A program made the translations under genes and the position numbers. The notes below the pieces were generated by a model that did not search any database, was not told where the DNA came from, and saw only the letters and a list, made by a program, of their open reading frames with translations. A DNA stretch of 64,000 nucleotides from an uncultured bacterium (GTDB lineage Bacteria; Patescibacteriota; Microgenomatia; UBA1400; PJMF01), in the NCBI GenBank assembly GCA_903842795.1, contig CAIMNJ010000018.1, positions 3,246 through 67,245 of the forward strand, in the 5' to 3' direction. Each line of letters opens with the position of its first letter. The stretch's first letter is position 1. Shown here piece after piece: positions 55,995-64,000 of the stretch.

Positions 55995-57191
55995 TTAGTC
56001 TAAAATTTTGGTGATAGCACCTGCACCAACGGTTAAACCACCTTCACGAATAGCGAAGCGGAAACCCTCATGGACAGCTACTGGAACCAAGAGCTCAACA
56101 GTCATCTTGGCGTTATCACCAGGCATAACCATTTCAACTCCATCTGGAAGCTTGATTTCACCAGTCACATCAGTGGTTCTGATGTAGAACTGAGGTTTGT
56201 AACCAGAGAAGAAAGGCTTGTGACGACCACCTTCTTCTTTCTTCAAGATATAAACTTCAGCTTCAAATTTCTTGTGAGCAGAAGCAGAACCTGGCTTAGC
56301 CAAGAGTTGACCTCTTTCCACACCATCTTTTTCAATACCACGAAGCAAGATACCGACGTTATCGCCAGCTTGACCTTGATCGAGCATTTTTCTAAACATT
56401 TCAACACCAGTAACGGTGGAGGAAGTCTTTTCACGAATACCAACGATGTCAACGTTTTCGCCAACTTTGATGATACCGCTTTCAATACGACCGGTCACAA
56501 CAGTGCCACGACCCTTGATTGAAAAGACGTCTTCAATGTACATACTGAAAGGCTTGTCAACATCACGGACTGGTTCTGGAATGTAAGCATCCACAGCATC
56601 CATCAATTCCATAATTTTGGCTTGAGCATCAGCATCACCAGCCAAAGCATTAGCAGCGCTAACACGAATAACTGGAGTGTTGTCACCATCGTAACCATAT
56701 TTACTCAAAAGATCACGAACTTCGACTTCCACCAAATCTAATAATTCAGCGTCATCGACCATATCGCATTTGTTAAGAGCAACAACGATTTTTGGCACGT
56801 TAACTTGATTGGCCAAAAGAATGTGTTCGCGAGTCTGAGGCATTGGACCATCAGTAGCAGCGACAACTAAAATAGCACCATCCATTTGAGCGGCACCAGT
56901 AATCATGTTCTTGATGTAGTCAGCGTGACCTGGAGCATCAATGTGAGCATAATGACGAGCTTTGGTTTCGTATTCAATATGCTTAATGTTAATAGTAATA
57001 CCACGAGCAACCTCTTCTTTACTGTTTTCAACATCAGCATAAACCATAGCTTTGTTGGTTTCACATGGAACCATCTTAGCTAAAGTTTGAGTGATAGCTG
57101 CAGTTAAAGTGGTCTTACCATGATCAACGTGACCAATGGTACCAATATTAACGTGAGGCTTGCTTCTGACAAATTTATTTGCATCTGCCAT
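55995..57191 (-). CDS. tuf: Elongation factor Tu
   Basis: [22 protein letters not shown] and FAIREGG motifs. Strong AAGGAG SD. Confidence 0.99.
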   Translation of the reverse strand: MADANKFVRSKPHVNIGTIGHVDHGKTTLTAAITQTLAKMVPCETNKAMVYADVENSKEEVARGITINIKHIEYETKARHYAHIDAPGHADYIKNMITGAAQMDGAILVVAATDGPMPQTREHILLANQVNVPKIVVALNKCDMVDDAELLDLVEVEVRDLLSKYGYDGDNTPVIRVSAANALAGDADAQAKIMELMDAVDAYIPEPVRDVDKPFSMYIEDVFSIKGRGTVVTGRIESGIIKVGENVDIVGIREKTSSTVTGVEMFRKMLDQGQAGDNVGILLRGIEKDGVERGQLLAKPGSASAHKKFEAEVYILKKEEGGRHKPFFSGYKPQFYIRTTDVTGEIKLPDGVEMVMPGDNAKMTVELLVPVAVHEGFRFAIREGGLTVGAGAITKILD

Positions 57192-57312
57192 AAATATTTC
57201 TCCTTTATATTTCTTTATATATTTACTAATTTATACTTTACGAACGCAAAACACGGTCGAGCTTGTATTTTACCCTAAAAAAAAGAGCAAAACAAGCTAT
57301 CTAACCCTAAGA

Positions 57313-59448
57313 TTACCTTCTCTTAACACCTTTTCTGTCTTCGACGATTTTCTCGGTGATATTCTTAGGCACCTCCTCATAGTGACTTGGCAACATTACA
57401 CTACTGGCACGACCTTGAGTCATACCACGCAAATTGGTAACGTAACCTTGCATTTCAGAAAGAGGAGCTAAAGCAGTAATAATCACCACGGTACCTCTTT
57501 GGTTAGTGCCTTGAATTTGAGCACGTCTAGAACCAAGGTCACCAATAATGTCACCCATAAATTCTTCTGGGGTGCTAACTTCAACCTTCATGACTGGCTC
57601 AATTAAAACCATGCCAGCCTTAGCGACAGCATCTCTCATACCAAGAGAACCAGCCATCTTAAAGGACAATTCACTAGAGTCAACATCATGGTAAGAACCA
57701 TCATAAAGAGTGACTTTGATATCCACCATTGGATAACCAGCCAAGAAACCTCTATCTAAAGATTCTTTGACACCTTTATTTACAGGCTCGATATACTCAC
57801 GAGGCACAGTACCACCAGTAATAGCATTAACAAATTCGTAACCAGTACCACGATCTTTTGGCTCAATCTTGAGAAGAACATGACCATATTGACCACGACC
57901 ACCTGATTGTTTGATATATTTACCTTCACCTTCAGCGGCCAAAGTAATAGCTTCGCGATAAGCCACTTGAGGCTTACCAACATCAGCATCAACTTTGAAT
58001 TCTCTCTTCATACGATCAACAATGATCTCAAGATGCAATTCACCCATACCACCAATAATGGTTTGTCCGGTTTCATGATCAACTTTGATATTGAAGGTTG
58101 GATCTTCTTCAGAAAGTTTGGCGAGAGCCATACCCATTTTTTCCTGATCAGACTTAGTCTTTGGCTCAATAGCCAAAGAAATAACTGGATCAGCAAAAGT
58201 AATACCTTCCAAAATTACTGGAGCAGTTTCATCAGAAAGAGTGTCACCAGTCTTAGTATCACGAAGACCAACAACAGCAATAATTTCTCCTGCACTAGCT
58301 TCTGCAACTTCTTCACGATCATTGGCGTGCATTAATAACAAACGACCAACTCTCTCTTTAACATCTTTACTAGAGTTGTAAACATAAGAACCAGCTTTGA
58401 TAGTACCAGAGTAAACACGGAAATAAGTAAGCTTACCAACGTGAGGATCAGTTTGAATTTTAAAAGCCAAACCACAGAATTTTTCGTCTGGAACTAAACG
58501 GCGTTGTACCATTTCTTCTTTGCCTGGAACATGGCCTTCGATATGATCAATGTCGGTTGGAGATGGTAAATACTCAACCACAGCATCCAACAAAGGTTGA
58601 ATACCAGTATTCTTGAGTGAAGAACCAGCAAAAATTGGCACTAATTTATAACCGATAACAGCTTTACGTAAAGCAGCTCTTAGTTCGTTGATAGAAATTT
58701 CTTCTTCAGCAAAGAATTTTTCCATCAAAGCGTCGTCAGTTTCAGCGATAGATTCAACTAATTTAAGTCTTTCCTCTTCAACTTTGGCTTTATATTCTTC
58801 TGGAATGTCTTTGATTTCTGGCTCGGTAGCAGCTTCATGATCTTCCCAGAAGTAAGCTTTGCGAGACAAAAGATCAATAACACCATCGAAGAAATTCTCT
58901 GCACCCATTGGCAAAACCATGACAGCTGGCTTAACACCAAATTTGACGCGAATGTCTTCAACAGTAGCATTAAAATCAGCACCCAACTTATCCATTTTAT
59001 TTACAAAACAGATACGAGGTACATTATATTTGTCAGCTTGACGCCAAACAGTTTCAGATTGAGACTGTACGCCCTCAGAAGCATCCAAAACGGTGATGCC
59101 ACCGTCTAAAACACGTAAAGAACGCTCTACTTCTGCAGTAAAATCTACGTGCCCTGGTGTATCGATAATATTGAAGCGATATCTTTCTTTTGGAAGAGTG
59201 GTTTCAAAGTATGGCTCCCAGAAACAAGTGGTAGCTGCAGAAACGATAGTGATACCACGTTCTTGCTCTTGAGCCATCCAGTCCATGGTGGCAGCACCCT
59301 CATGAACCTCACCAATTTTATAGTTGCGACCAGTATAAAAAAGGATACGCTCAGTAGTGGTGGTTTTACCAGCATCAATATGGGCAATAATACCAATGTT
59401 TCTAATGCGTTCCAGAGGAACTTGTCTTTGCTTTGAAATATCTGACAT
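57313..59448 (-). CDS. fusA: Elongation factor G
   Basis: [28 protein letters not shown] and [10 protein letters not shown] motifs. Confidence 0.99.
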   Translation of the reverse strand: MSDISKQRQVPLERIRNIGIIAHIDAGKTTTTERILFYTGRNYKIGEVHEGAATMDWMAQEQERGITIVSAATTCFWEPYFETTLPKERYRFNIIDTPGHVDFTAEVERSLRVLDGGITVLDASEGVQSQSETVWRQADKYNVPRICFVNKMDKLGADFNATVEDIRVKFGVKPAVMVLPMGAENFFDGVIDLLSRKAYFWEDHEAATEPEIKDIPEEYKAKVEEERLKLVESIAETDDALMEKFFAEEEISINELRAALRKAVIGYKLVPIFAGSSLKNTGIQPLLDAVVEYLPSPTDIDHIEGHVPGKEEMVQRRLVPDEKFCGLAFKIQTDPHVGKLTYFRVYSGTIKAGSYVYNSSKDVKERVGRLLLMHANDREEVAEASAGEIIAVVGLRDTKTGDTLSDETAPVILEGITFADPVISLAIEPKTKSDQEKMGMALAKLSEEDPTFNIKVDHETGQTIIGGMGELHLEIIVDRMKREFKVDADVGKPQVAYREAITLAAEGEGKYIKQSGGRGQYGHVLLKIEPKDRGTGYEFVNAITGGTVPREYIEPVNKGVKESLDRGFLAGYPMVDIKVTLYDGSYHDVDSSELSFKMAGSLGMRDAVAKAGMVLIEPVMKVEVSTPEEFMGDIIGDLGSRRAQIQGTNQRGTVVIITALAPLSEMQGYVTNLRGMTQGRASSVMLPSHYEEVPKNITEKIVEDRKGVKRR

Positions 59449-59505
59449 AGATCTATTATTCTATATTTTCTCTAACTAATAATAAAGCACTTCCAAAGTG
59501 AAAGA

Positions 59506-59982
59506 TTACCATCTGAAATGAGAGAAAGCCTTGTTGGCTTCAGCCATACGATGAGAACCATTACGTTTATCGATAGCACCACCTTGTTCAAGGAGAGCAT
59601 CGAGTAATTCAGCAGCTAATTTTTCTGCATAACTGTGGAATTGTTTGTTTGGTCTTTTGTTGGCTTCAGTAACCAACCATCTAACACTTAGAGAATTAGC
59701 TCTGCGACCACGCACTGGCATAGGCACTTGATAAGAAGCACCACCAATACGGCGAGAACGAACTTCCATTTGAGGTTGAATTTTGGCAATAGCCTCTTCC
59801 AAAACTTCCAAAGCTTTACGTTTGGTTTCTTTTTCAACGAGAGCTAATGCATCATAAACCTGTTTTTGAGCGACAGCTTTTTTGCCATCTCTCATACTAC
59901 GGTTGATAATATTTTGAACTAAAACGGAGCCGTATTTAGCATCTTTTTCTACTTCACGAACTTGAGCTTTTTTGGTTCTCAT
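59506..59982 (-). CDS. rpsG: 30S ribosomal protein S7
   Basis: EVRSRRIGGASYQVP and HRMAEANKAFSH motifs. Confidence 0.98.
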   Translation of the reverse strand: MRTKKAQVREVEKDAKYGSVLVQNIINRSMRDGKKAVAQKQVYDALALVEKETKRKALEVLEEAIAKIQPQMEVRSRRIGGASYQVPMPVRGRRANSLSVRWLVTEANKRPNKQFHSYAEKLAAELLDALLEQGGAIDKRNGSHRMAEANKAFSHFRW

Positions 59983-59993
59983 ACAATTTTCCT

Positions 59994-60404
59994 TTAACTT
60001 TTCTTCATTCCGTACTTACTACGGCTGGTTTTTCTACCATCGACTCCAGCACAGTCATATTTACCACGAATAATGTGATATTTCACACCTGGTAAATCTT
60101 TAACACGACCACCTCTAACCATAACAATGCTATGTTCAGCTAGATTGTGACCCTCGCCTTGAATGTAAGCGGTAACTTCCATTTTGTTGGACAAGCGAAC
60201 ACGAGCTACTTTACGCAAAGCGGAGTTTGGTTTTTTTGGAGTCATGGTTTTGACCACAGTACAAACACCTCTTTTTTGAGGACTATTGGTAGCAACTGGG
60301 CGGTTATCGATGGAGTTGAAACTACGACGCAAAGCGGTAGCTTTGATACGCTTAACTCTACTGATACGACCACCTTTTCTAATTAATTGATTAATTGTAG
60401 GCAT
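59994..60404 (-). CDS. rpsL: 30S ribosomal protein S12
   Basis: [18 protein letters not shown] and RVKDLPGV motifs. Confidence 0.99.
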   Translation of the reverse strand: MPTINQLIRKGGRISRVKRIKATALRRSFNSIDNRPVATNSPQKRGVCTVVKTMTPKKPNSALRKVARVRLSNKMEVTAYIQGEGHNLAEHSIVMVRGGRVKDLPGVKYHIIRGKYDCAGVDGRKTSRSKYGMKKS

Positions 60405-60472
60405 AATTTTATTTCTCTATTTATCTAAGGCGATGATTTTAGCACATCTACCTTACTTTTTCATTATTACTT

Positions 60473-63400
60473 CTAAACTACTGCTCTGGCCCTTTCTTCA
60501 CTTGTTGGAATTAAGCGACCAATGATGACGTTTTCTTTCAAGCCTTCTAGATAATCAATTGCACCCTCAGAAGCAGCGTCAGTCAAAACGTGCTTGGTGT
60601 GTTGGAAAGAAGCAGCAGATAACCAAGAGCTGGTAAAGAGAGATGATCTGGTAATACCCAGCAATAAAACTCTTGCGGTAGCTGGGTCACCACCAGCAGC
60701 CATAATGTTATCGTTGACTTCCATGAAATGAGCACGCTCTACCACTTCACCAACCAAGAGATCGGTGTCGCCGGAAAGCTCAATTTGTAGTTTATCACCC
60801 ATCTTACGGGTAATTACTTCAAAGTGTTTATCATTGATAGTGATACCTTGAGATTCATAAACCTCCTGCACCTGATCAATAATATGCTGTTGAGTAAAGA
60901 CTAAGCCCTTGAGTTGGAGTAATTCTTGAATATTTACGCCACCTCCAGTGAGTTTCTGACCAGCAAAAACCAAGTCTTTGTCTTTGACAAGTAAAGCCAC
61001 TGTAGCTGGAAGAGTGAAAGCTTCTTCTTCACCATCTTTATTTTTGATAGTGATAATATTCTCACCATCTTTCTCTTCTACTTTGACTTTACCGGCAATA
61101 TGAGCGATCAAAGCTTGAACTTTTGGATTACGTGCTTCTAACAATTCCTCAACACGAGGTAGACCCTGAGTAACGTCAAGACCGACGATACCACCAGAGT
61201 GCTTCACACGCATAGTCAATTGAGTACCAGGCTCACCAATAGATTGAGCAGCAATAACGCCAACTGGCACACCAATTTCCACATCAGTTCTGGTCGCGAA
61301 ATCCCAACCATAACACTTGATACAAAGACCTTTGTTGCAACGACAAGTCAAAGGAGATCTGACCCAAACAGATTCAACATCTGAAGCAGCAATTTCCTTA
61401 GCCAAATCATCATTAATGAGATCTCCAGCAGCAACCACGACCTTTTTACCAACTTTAATGTCTTTGCTGGCATAGCGACCAAGAATTCTGTAGTAAAAAA
61501 CATCGGTTCTTGGAGCTCTAACTAACTCAACACCTTCAGTGGTGCCACAGTCATCTTGACGGATGATGGCGTCGTGAGAGACATCCACCAAACGACGAGT
61601 GAGGTAACCAGCATCAGCTGTTTTGATAGCTGAGTCAGTCAAACCCTTACGAGAACCACGAGCGGAAGTTACGTATTCAAAGATCGATAAACCTTGTCTA
61701 AAGTTAGACTTGGTAGGCATTTCCACAATGTTTCCAAGTGGATCAACCACCAAACCACGCATAGCAGCCAATTGTTTAACCTGATCCTTAGAAGCACGAG
61801 TACCACCAGAATCGATGATGACTTTAACTGAATTATCGTCACTGTAAGTTTTCCAGGTTTTCTCTGCCAATTCGTCAGTGGTTTTGATCCAAACATCGAG
61901 GGATTGACGGCGACGCTCTTCATCAGTAATCAAACCTTGAAGATAGTTATCGCGAATCAATTCAGCTTTTTGGTTGGCAGCAGCCACAATCTGATCTTTT
62001 TCCTCAAGCATTTCACAATCACTCACGGAAACTGACAAACCAGATTTGGTAGCAGCAGTGAAACCAAGGTCTTTGATGCTGTCGATCATTTTAGCAACTG
62101 CTTCGTTGTCTTCAGTCTCAATAGCTTTGGTAACAATCTGCTTAATCATCTTGGCATTAACTGGCTCATTGATAAAACGTAAGCTCTCTGGCAAAACACT
62201 GTTGAAAAGTAAACGACCAACGTTAGTTTCAACAATTTGCTTCTTACCCTTGAGCTTCATGAAAACTTTAACTCTTTGACGGAGATCAAGTTTACCAATT
62301 TGATATAAGTGATAAGCCTCGTTCTTGCTACCCAAAATAGTTGGGAAAAGAGCGATTCTCTCATCAAAACTAGTGTAATAGTAAGCGCCAAGAGCCATTT
62401 CTTTGTTTGGCACGGTAATTGGCTCACCATTAGCAGGTTTGAGTAAGTTACGGTTGGCCATCATCAAATCGATAGCTTCTTGTTGAGCTTGTTTGGTCAA
62501 AGGCACGTGAACAGCCATTTGGTCACCATCAAAGTCAGCGTTATAACCAGAACAGACACAAGGGTGAAGTGAAATAGCACTACCCTCGATCAAAACTGGG
62601 AAGAAAGCTTGAATACCTAATTTATGCAAAGTAGGAGCACGGTTTAGAAGAACTGGGTGGTTCTCAATAACCTTCTCTAGAATGGCATAGACTTGAGGTT
62701 CACGACGATCTACCAAGTGACGAGCACTCTTAACGTTTGGAGCAATACCGTTAACAATTAATTCACGTAAAACGTAAGGCTTGAACATTTCCAAAGCCAT
62801 GTCTTTTGGCAAACCACATTGGTTAAGCTTGAGTTCTGGACCAACCACGATAACACTACGACCAGAGTAGTCGACACGCTTACCAAGTAAGTTTTGACGG
62901 AAGCGACCAGTCTTACCACGTAACATCTCAGAAAGAGAGCGAAGTGGACGACGGTTACTACGACGACGAGTTTGTTTGGTTTGAGAACTATCGATCAAAG
63001 CATCAACAGCTTCTTGTAACATTCTTTTTTCGTTACGCAAAATAATTTCTGGAGCACCCAAATTAATGAGGTGAGCCAAACGGTTATTACGGTTGATGAC
63101 GCGACGATATAAATCGTTTAAGTCAGAAGCAGCAAAACGACCGCCAGATAATTGCACCATTGGACGTAAATCCGGAGGTAAAACTGGCAAAATGGTTAAG
63201 AATAACCAAGCTGGATCAATACCAGATTTCTTGAAGCCTTCGACCACGCGTAAACGCTTGGTAACTTTGGCTTTTTTGGCACCTTTACTTTCAACTAATT
63301 CATCTCTCAAAGCCTTAACTTCGCCATCGAGATCAACTTTTTTACTCAAAGCTAAAATGCTTTCGGCACCCATACCCACTTGCAAGTGAGAAGCGGCATC

Positions 63401-64000
63401 GTATTCATCGAGTTTGAGATATTCATCTTCAGTTAAAACAGTTTTAACTTTGATTTTCTTAACCATCTGTTTGATGGTTTTGTAGATTTCTTCGGTTTGC
63501 TCCAACTGCACTTCTAATTGTTGTTTACTGGCAACAATTTTGTTCTTGGCTTTAAGTTCGAGCTCAGCAACTTTTAATTGCATAGCTTCTTTACTCTTTA
63601 CTTTTTCACCAAGAGAAGCCTTGTCTTTGTCTAAAGTGTCTTTGATAGCAACGATAGCTTTTTCAGCGTTATCGCGCAATTGATCGGCAGCAGCTACCTG
63701 ATCAATATCTAATCTTTCCAAAACTACTTTTTTCTCATCATTATCAACCTCAAGAACGATATATTGAGAGAAGTACATGATGGAGTTTAGGTTTCTTGGA
63801 GAAATATCCAAAAGTAAAGATAGTTTAGAAGGAGCACCCTTAAAAAACCAGATATGAGCAACTGGAGAAGCAAGCTTAATATGAGCCATACGCTCACGAC
63901 GAACTTTGGCTTCAGTTACTTCAACTCCACATTTGTCACAAACAATACCTTTGTAACGAATGCGCTTATATTTACCACAATAGCACTCGTAGTCTTTGCT
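60473..64000 (-). CDS. rpoC: RNA polymerase subunit beta' (5' end lies beyond the window)
   Basis: [23 protein letters not shown] and [10 protein letters not shown] motifs. The frame continues past the track start at 63889 to the window edge ([12 protein letters not shown]...CDKCGVEVT). Confidence 0.99.
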   Translation of the reverse strand, partial: SKDYECYCGKYKRIRYKGIVCDKCGVEVTEAKVRRERMAHIKLASPVAHIWFFKGAPSKLSLLLDISPRNLNSIMYFSQYIVLEVDNDEKKVVLERLDIDQVAAADQLRDNAEKAIVAIKDTLDKDKASLGEKVKSKEAMQLKVAELELKAKNKIVASKQQLEVQLEQTEEIYKTIKQMVKKIKVKTVLTEDEYLKLDEYDAASHLQVGMGAESILALSKKVDLDGEVKALRDELVESKGAKKAKVTKRLRVVEGFKKSGIDPAWLFLTILPVLPPDLRPMVQLSGGRFAASDLNDLYRRVINRNNRLAHLINLGAPEIILRNEKRMLQEAVDALIDSSQTKQTRRRSNRRPLRSLSEMLRGKTGRFRQNLLGKRVDYSGRSVIVVGPELKLNQCGLPKDMALEMFKPYVLRELIVNGIAPNVKSARHLVDRREPQVYAILEKVIENHPVLLNRAPTLHKLGIQAFFPVLIEGSAISLHPCVCSGYNADFDGDQMAVHVPLTKQAQQEAIDLMMANRNLLKPANGEPITVPNKEMALGAYYYTSFDERIALFPTILGSKNEAYHLYQIGKLDLRQRVKVFMKLKGKKQIVETNVGRLLFNSVLPESLRFINEPVNAKMIKQIVTKAIETEDNEAVAKMIDSIKDLGFTAATKSGLSVSVSDCEMLEEKDQIVAAANQKAELIRDNYLQGLITDEERRRQSLDVWIKTTDELAEKTWKTYSDDNSVKVIIDSGGTRASKDQVKQLAAMRGLVVDPLGNIVEMPTKSNFRQGLSIFEYVTSARGSRKGLTDSAIKTADAGYLTRRLVDVSHDAIIRQDDCGTTEGVELVRAPRTDVFYYRILGRYASKDIKVGKKVVVAAGDLINDDLAKEIAASDVESVWVRSPLTCRCNKGLCIKCYGWDFATRTDVEIGVPVGVIAAQSIGEPGTQLTMRVKHSGGIVGLDVTQGLPRVEELLEARNPKVQALIAHIAGKVKVEEKDGENIITIKNKDGEEEAFTLPATVALLVKDKDLVFAGQKLTGGGVNIQELLQLKGLVFTQQHIIDQVQEVYESQGITINDKHFEVITRKMGDKLQIELSGDTDLLVGEVVERAHFMEVNDNIMAAGGDPATARVLLLGITRSSLFTSSWLSAASFQHTKHVLTDAASEGAIDYLEGLKENVIIGRLIPTSEERARAVV

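Noticed and set aside
40391-63389. Many short antisense or alternate-frame ORFs over ribosomal protein, tuf, fusA and rpoC genes
   Set aside because: Shadow ORFs expected from biased codon usage, with no recognisable motifs.
63450-63750. Coiled-coil insertion in RpoC as a novelty or intein
   Set aside because: No intein terminal motifs, and it sits where lineage-specific helical insertions are already known (e.g. actinobacterial beta' i1).
1-64000. Genome-wide UGA=Gly recoding (code 25)
   Set aside because: RF2 is present, TGA ends genes at ATGA overlaps (9147, 23137, 32486, 50081), and all core genes are intact under code 11.

Overview
Core chromosomal segment of an AT-rich bacterium that I infer to be Patescibacteria/CPR, probably Microgenomates-like. 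The evidence is no rpmD/L30 between rpsE and rplO, Lys-rich ribosomal protein extensions and a coiled-coil insertion in RpoC. Genetic code 11 applies, with RF2 present and TGA used as stop. The right 24 kb is the rpoC-str-S10-spc-alpha-rplM/rpsI supercluster on the minus strand. The left 40 kb holds prfB, ftsEX plus a coiled-coil C39-like hydrolase, three tRNA-Ser genes (GCT, ACT, GGA), a glycan-modification block, trpR-trpB, an APC permease and malic enzyme, SAM-I riboswitch-metK, a copper-handling operon, a GGDEF gene broken by an in-frame TGA, purB-purA-GuaB/GuaC, and a complete ArsR-sufCBDSU-DUF1858-iscS-mnmA operon. The strongest leads are: (1) a TrpR-like repressor gene whose last codons (Trp-Trp-Gly-stop) form a terminator-like hairpin just upstream of a Trp-free, TrpA-less TrpB, suggesting the repressor ORF doubles as attenuator leader; (2) an intact, independently diverged tRNA-Ser with anticodon ACU in a split codon box; (3) a roughly 135-bp structured element with GNA mini-hairpins bracketed by a duplicated tRNA 3' end. 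All calls are by eye, with no database searches.
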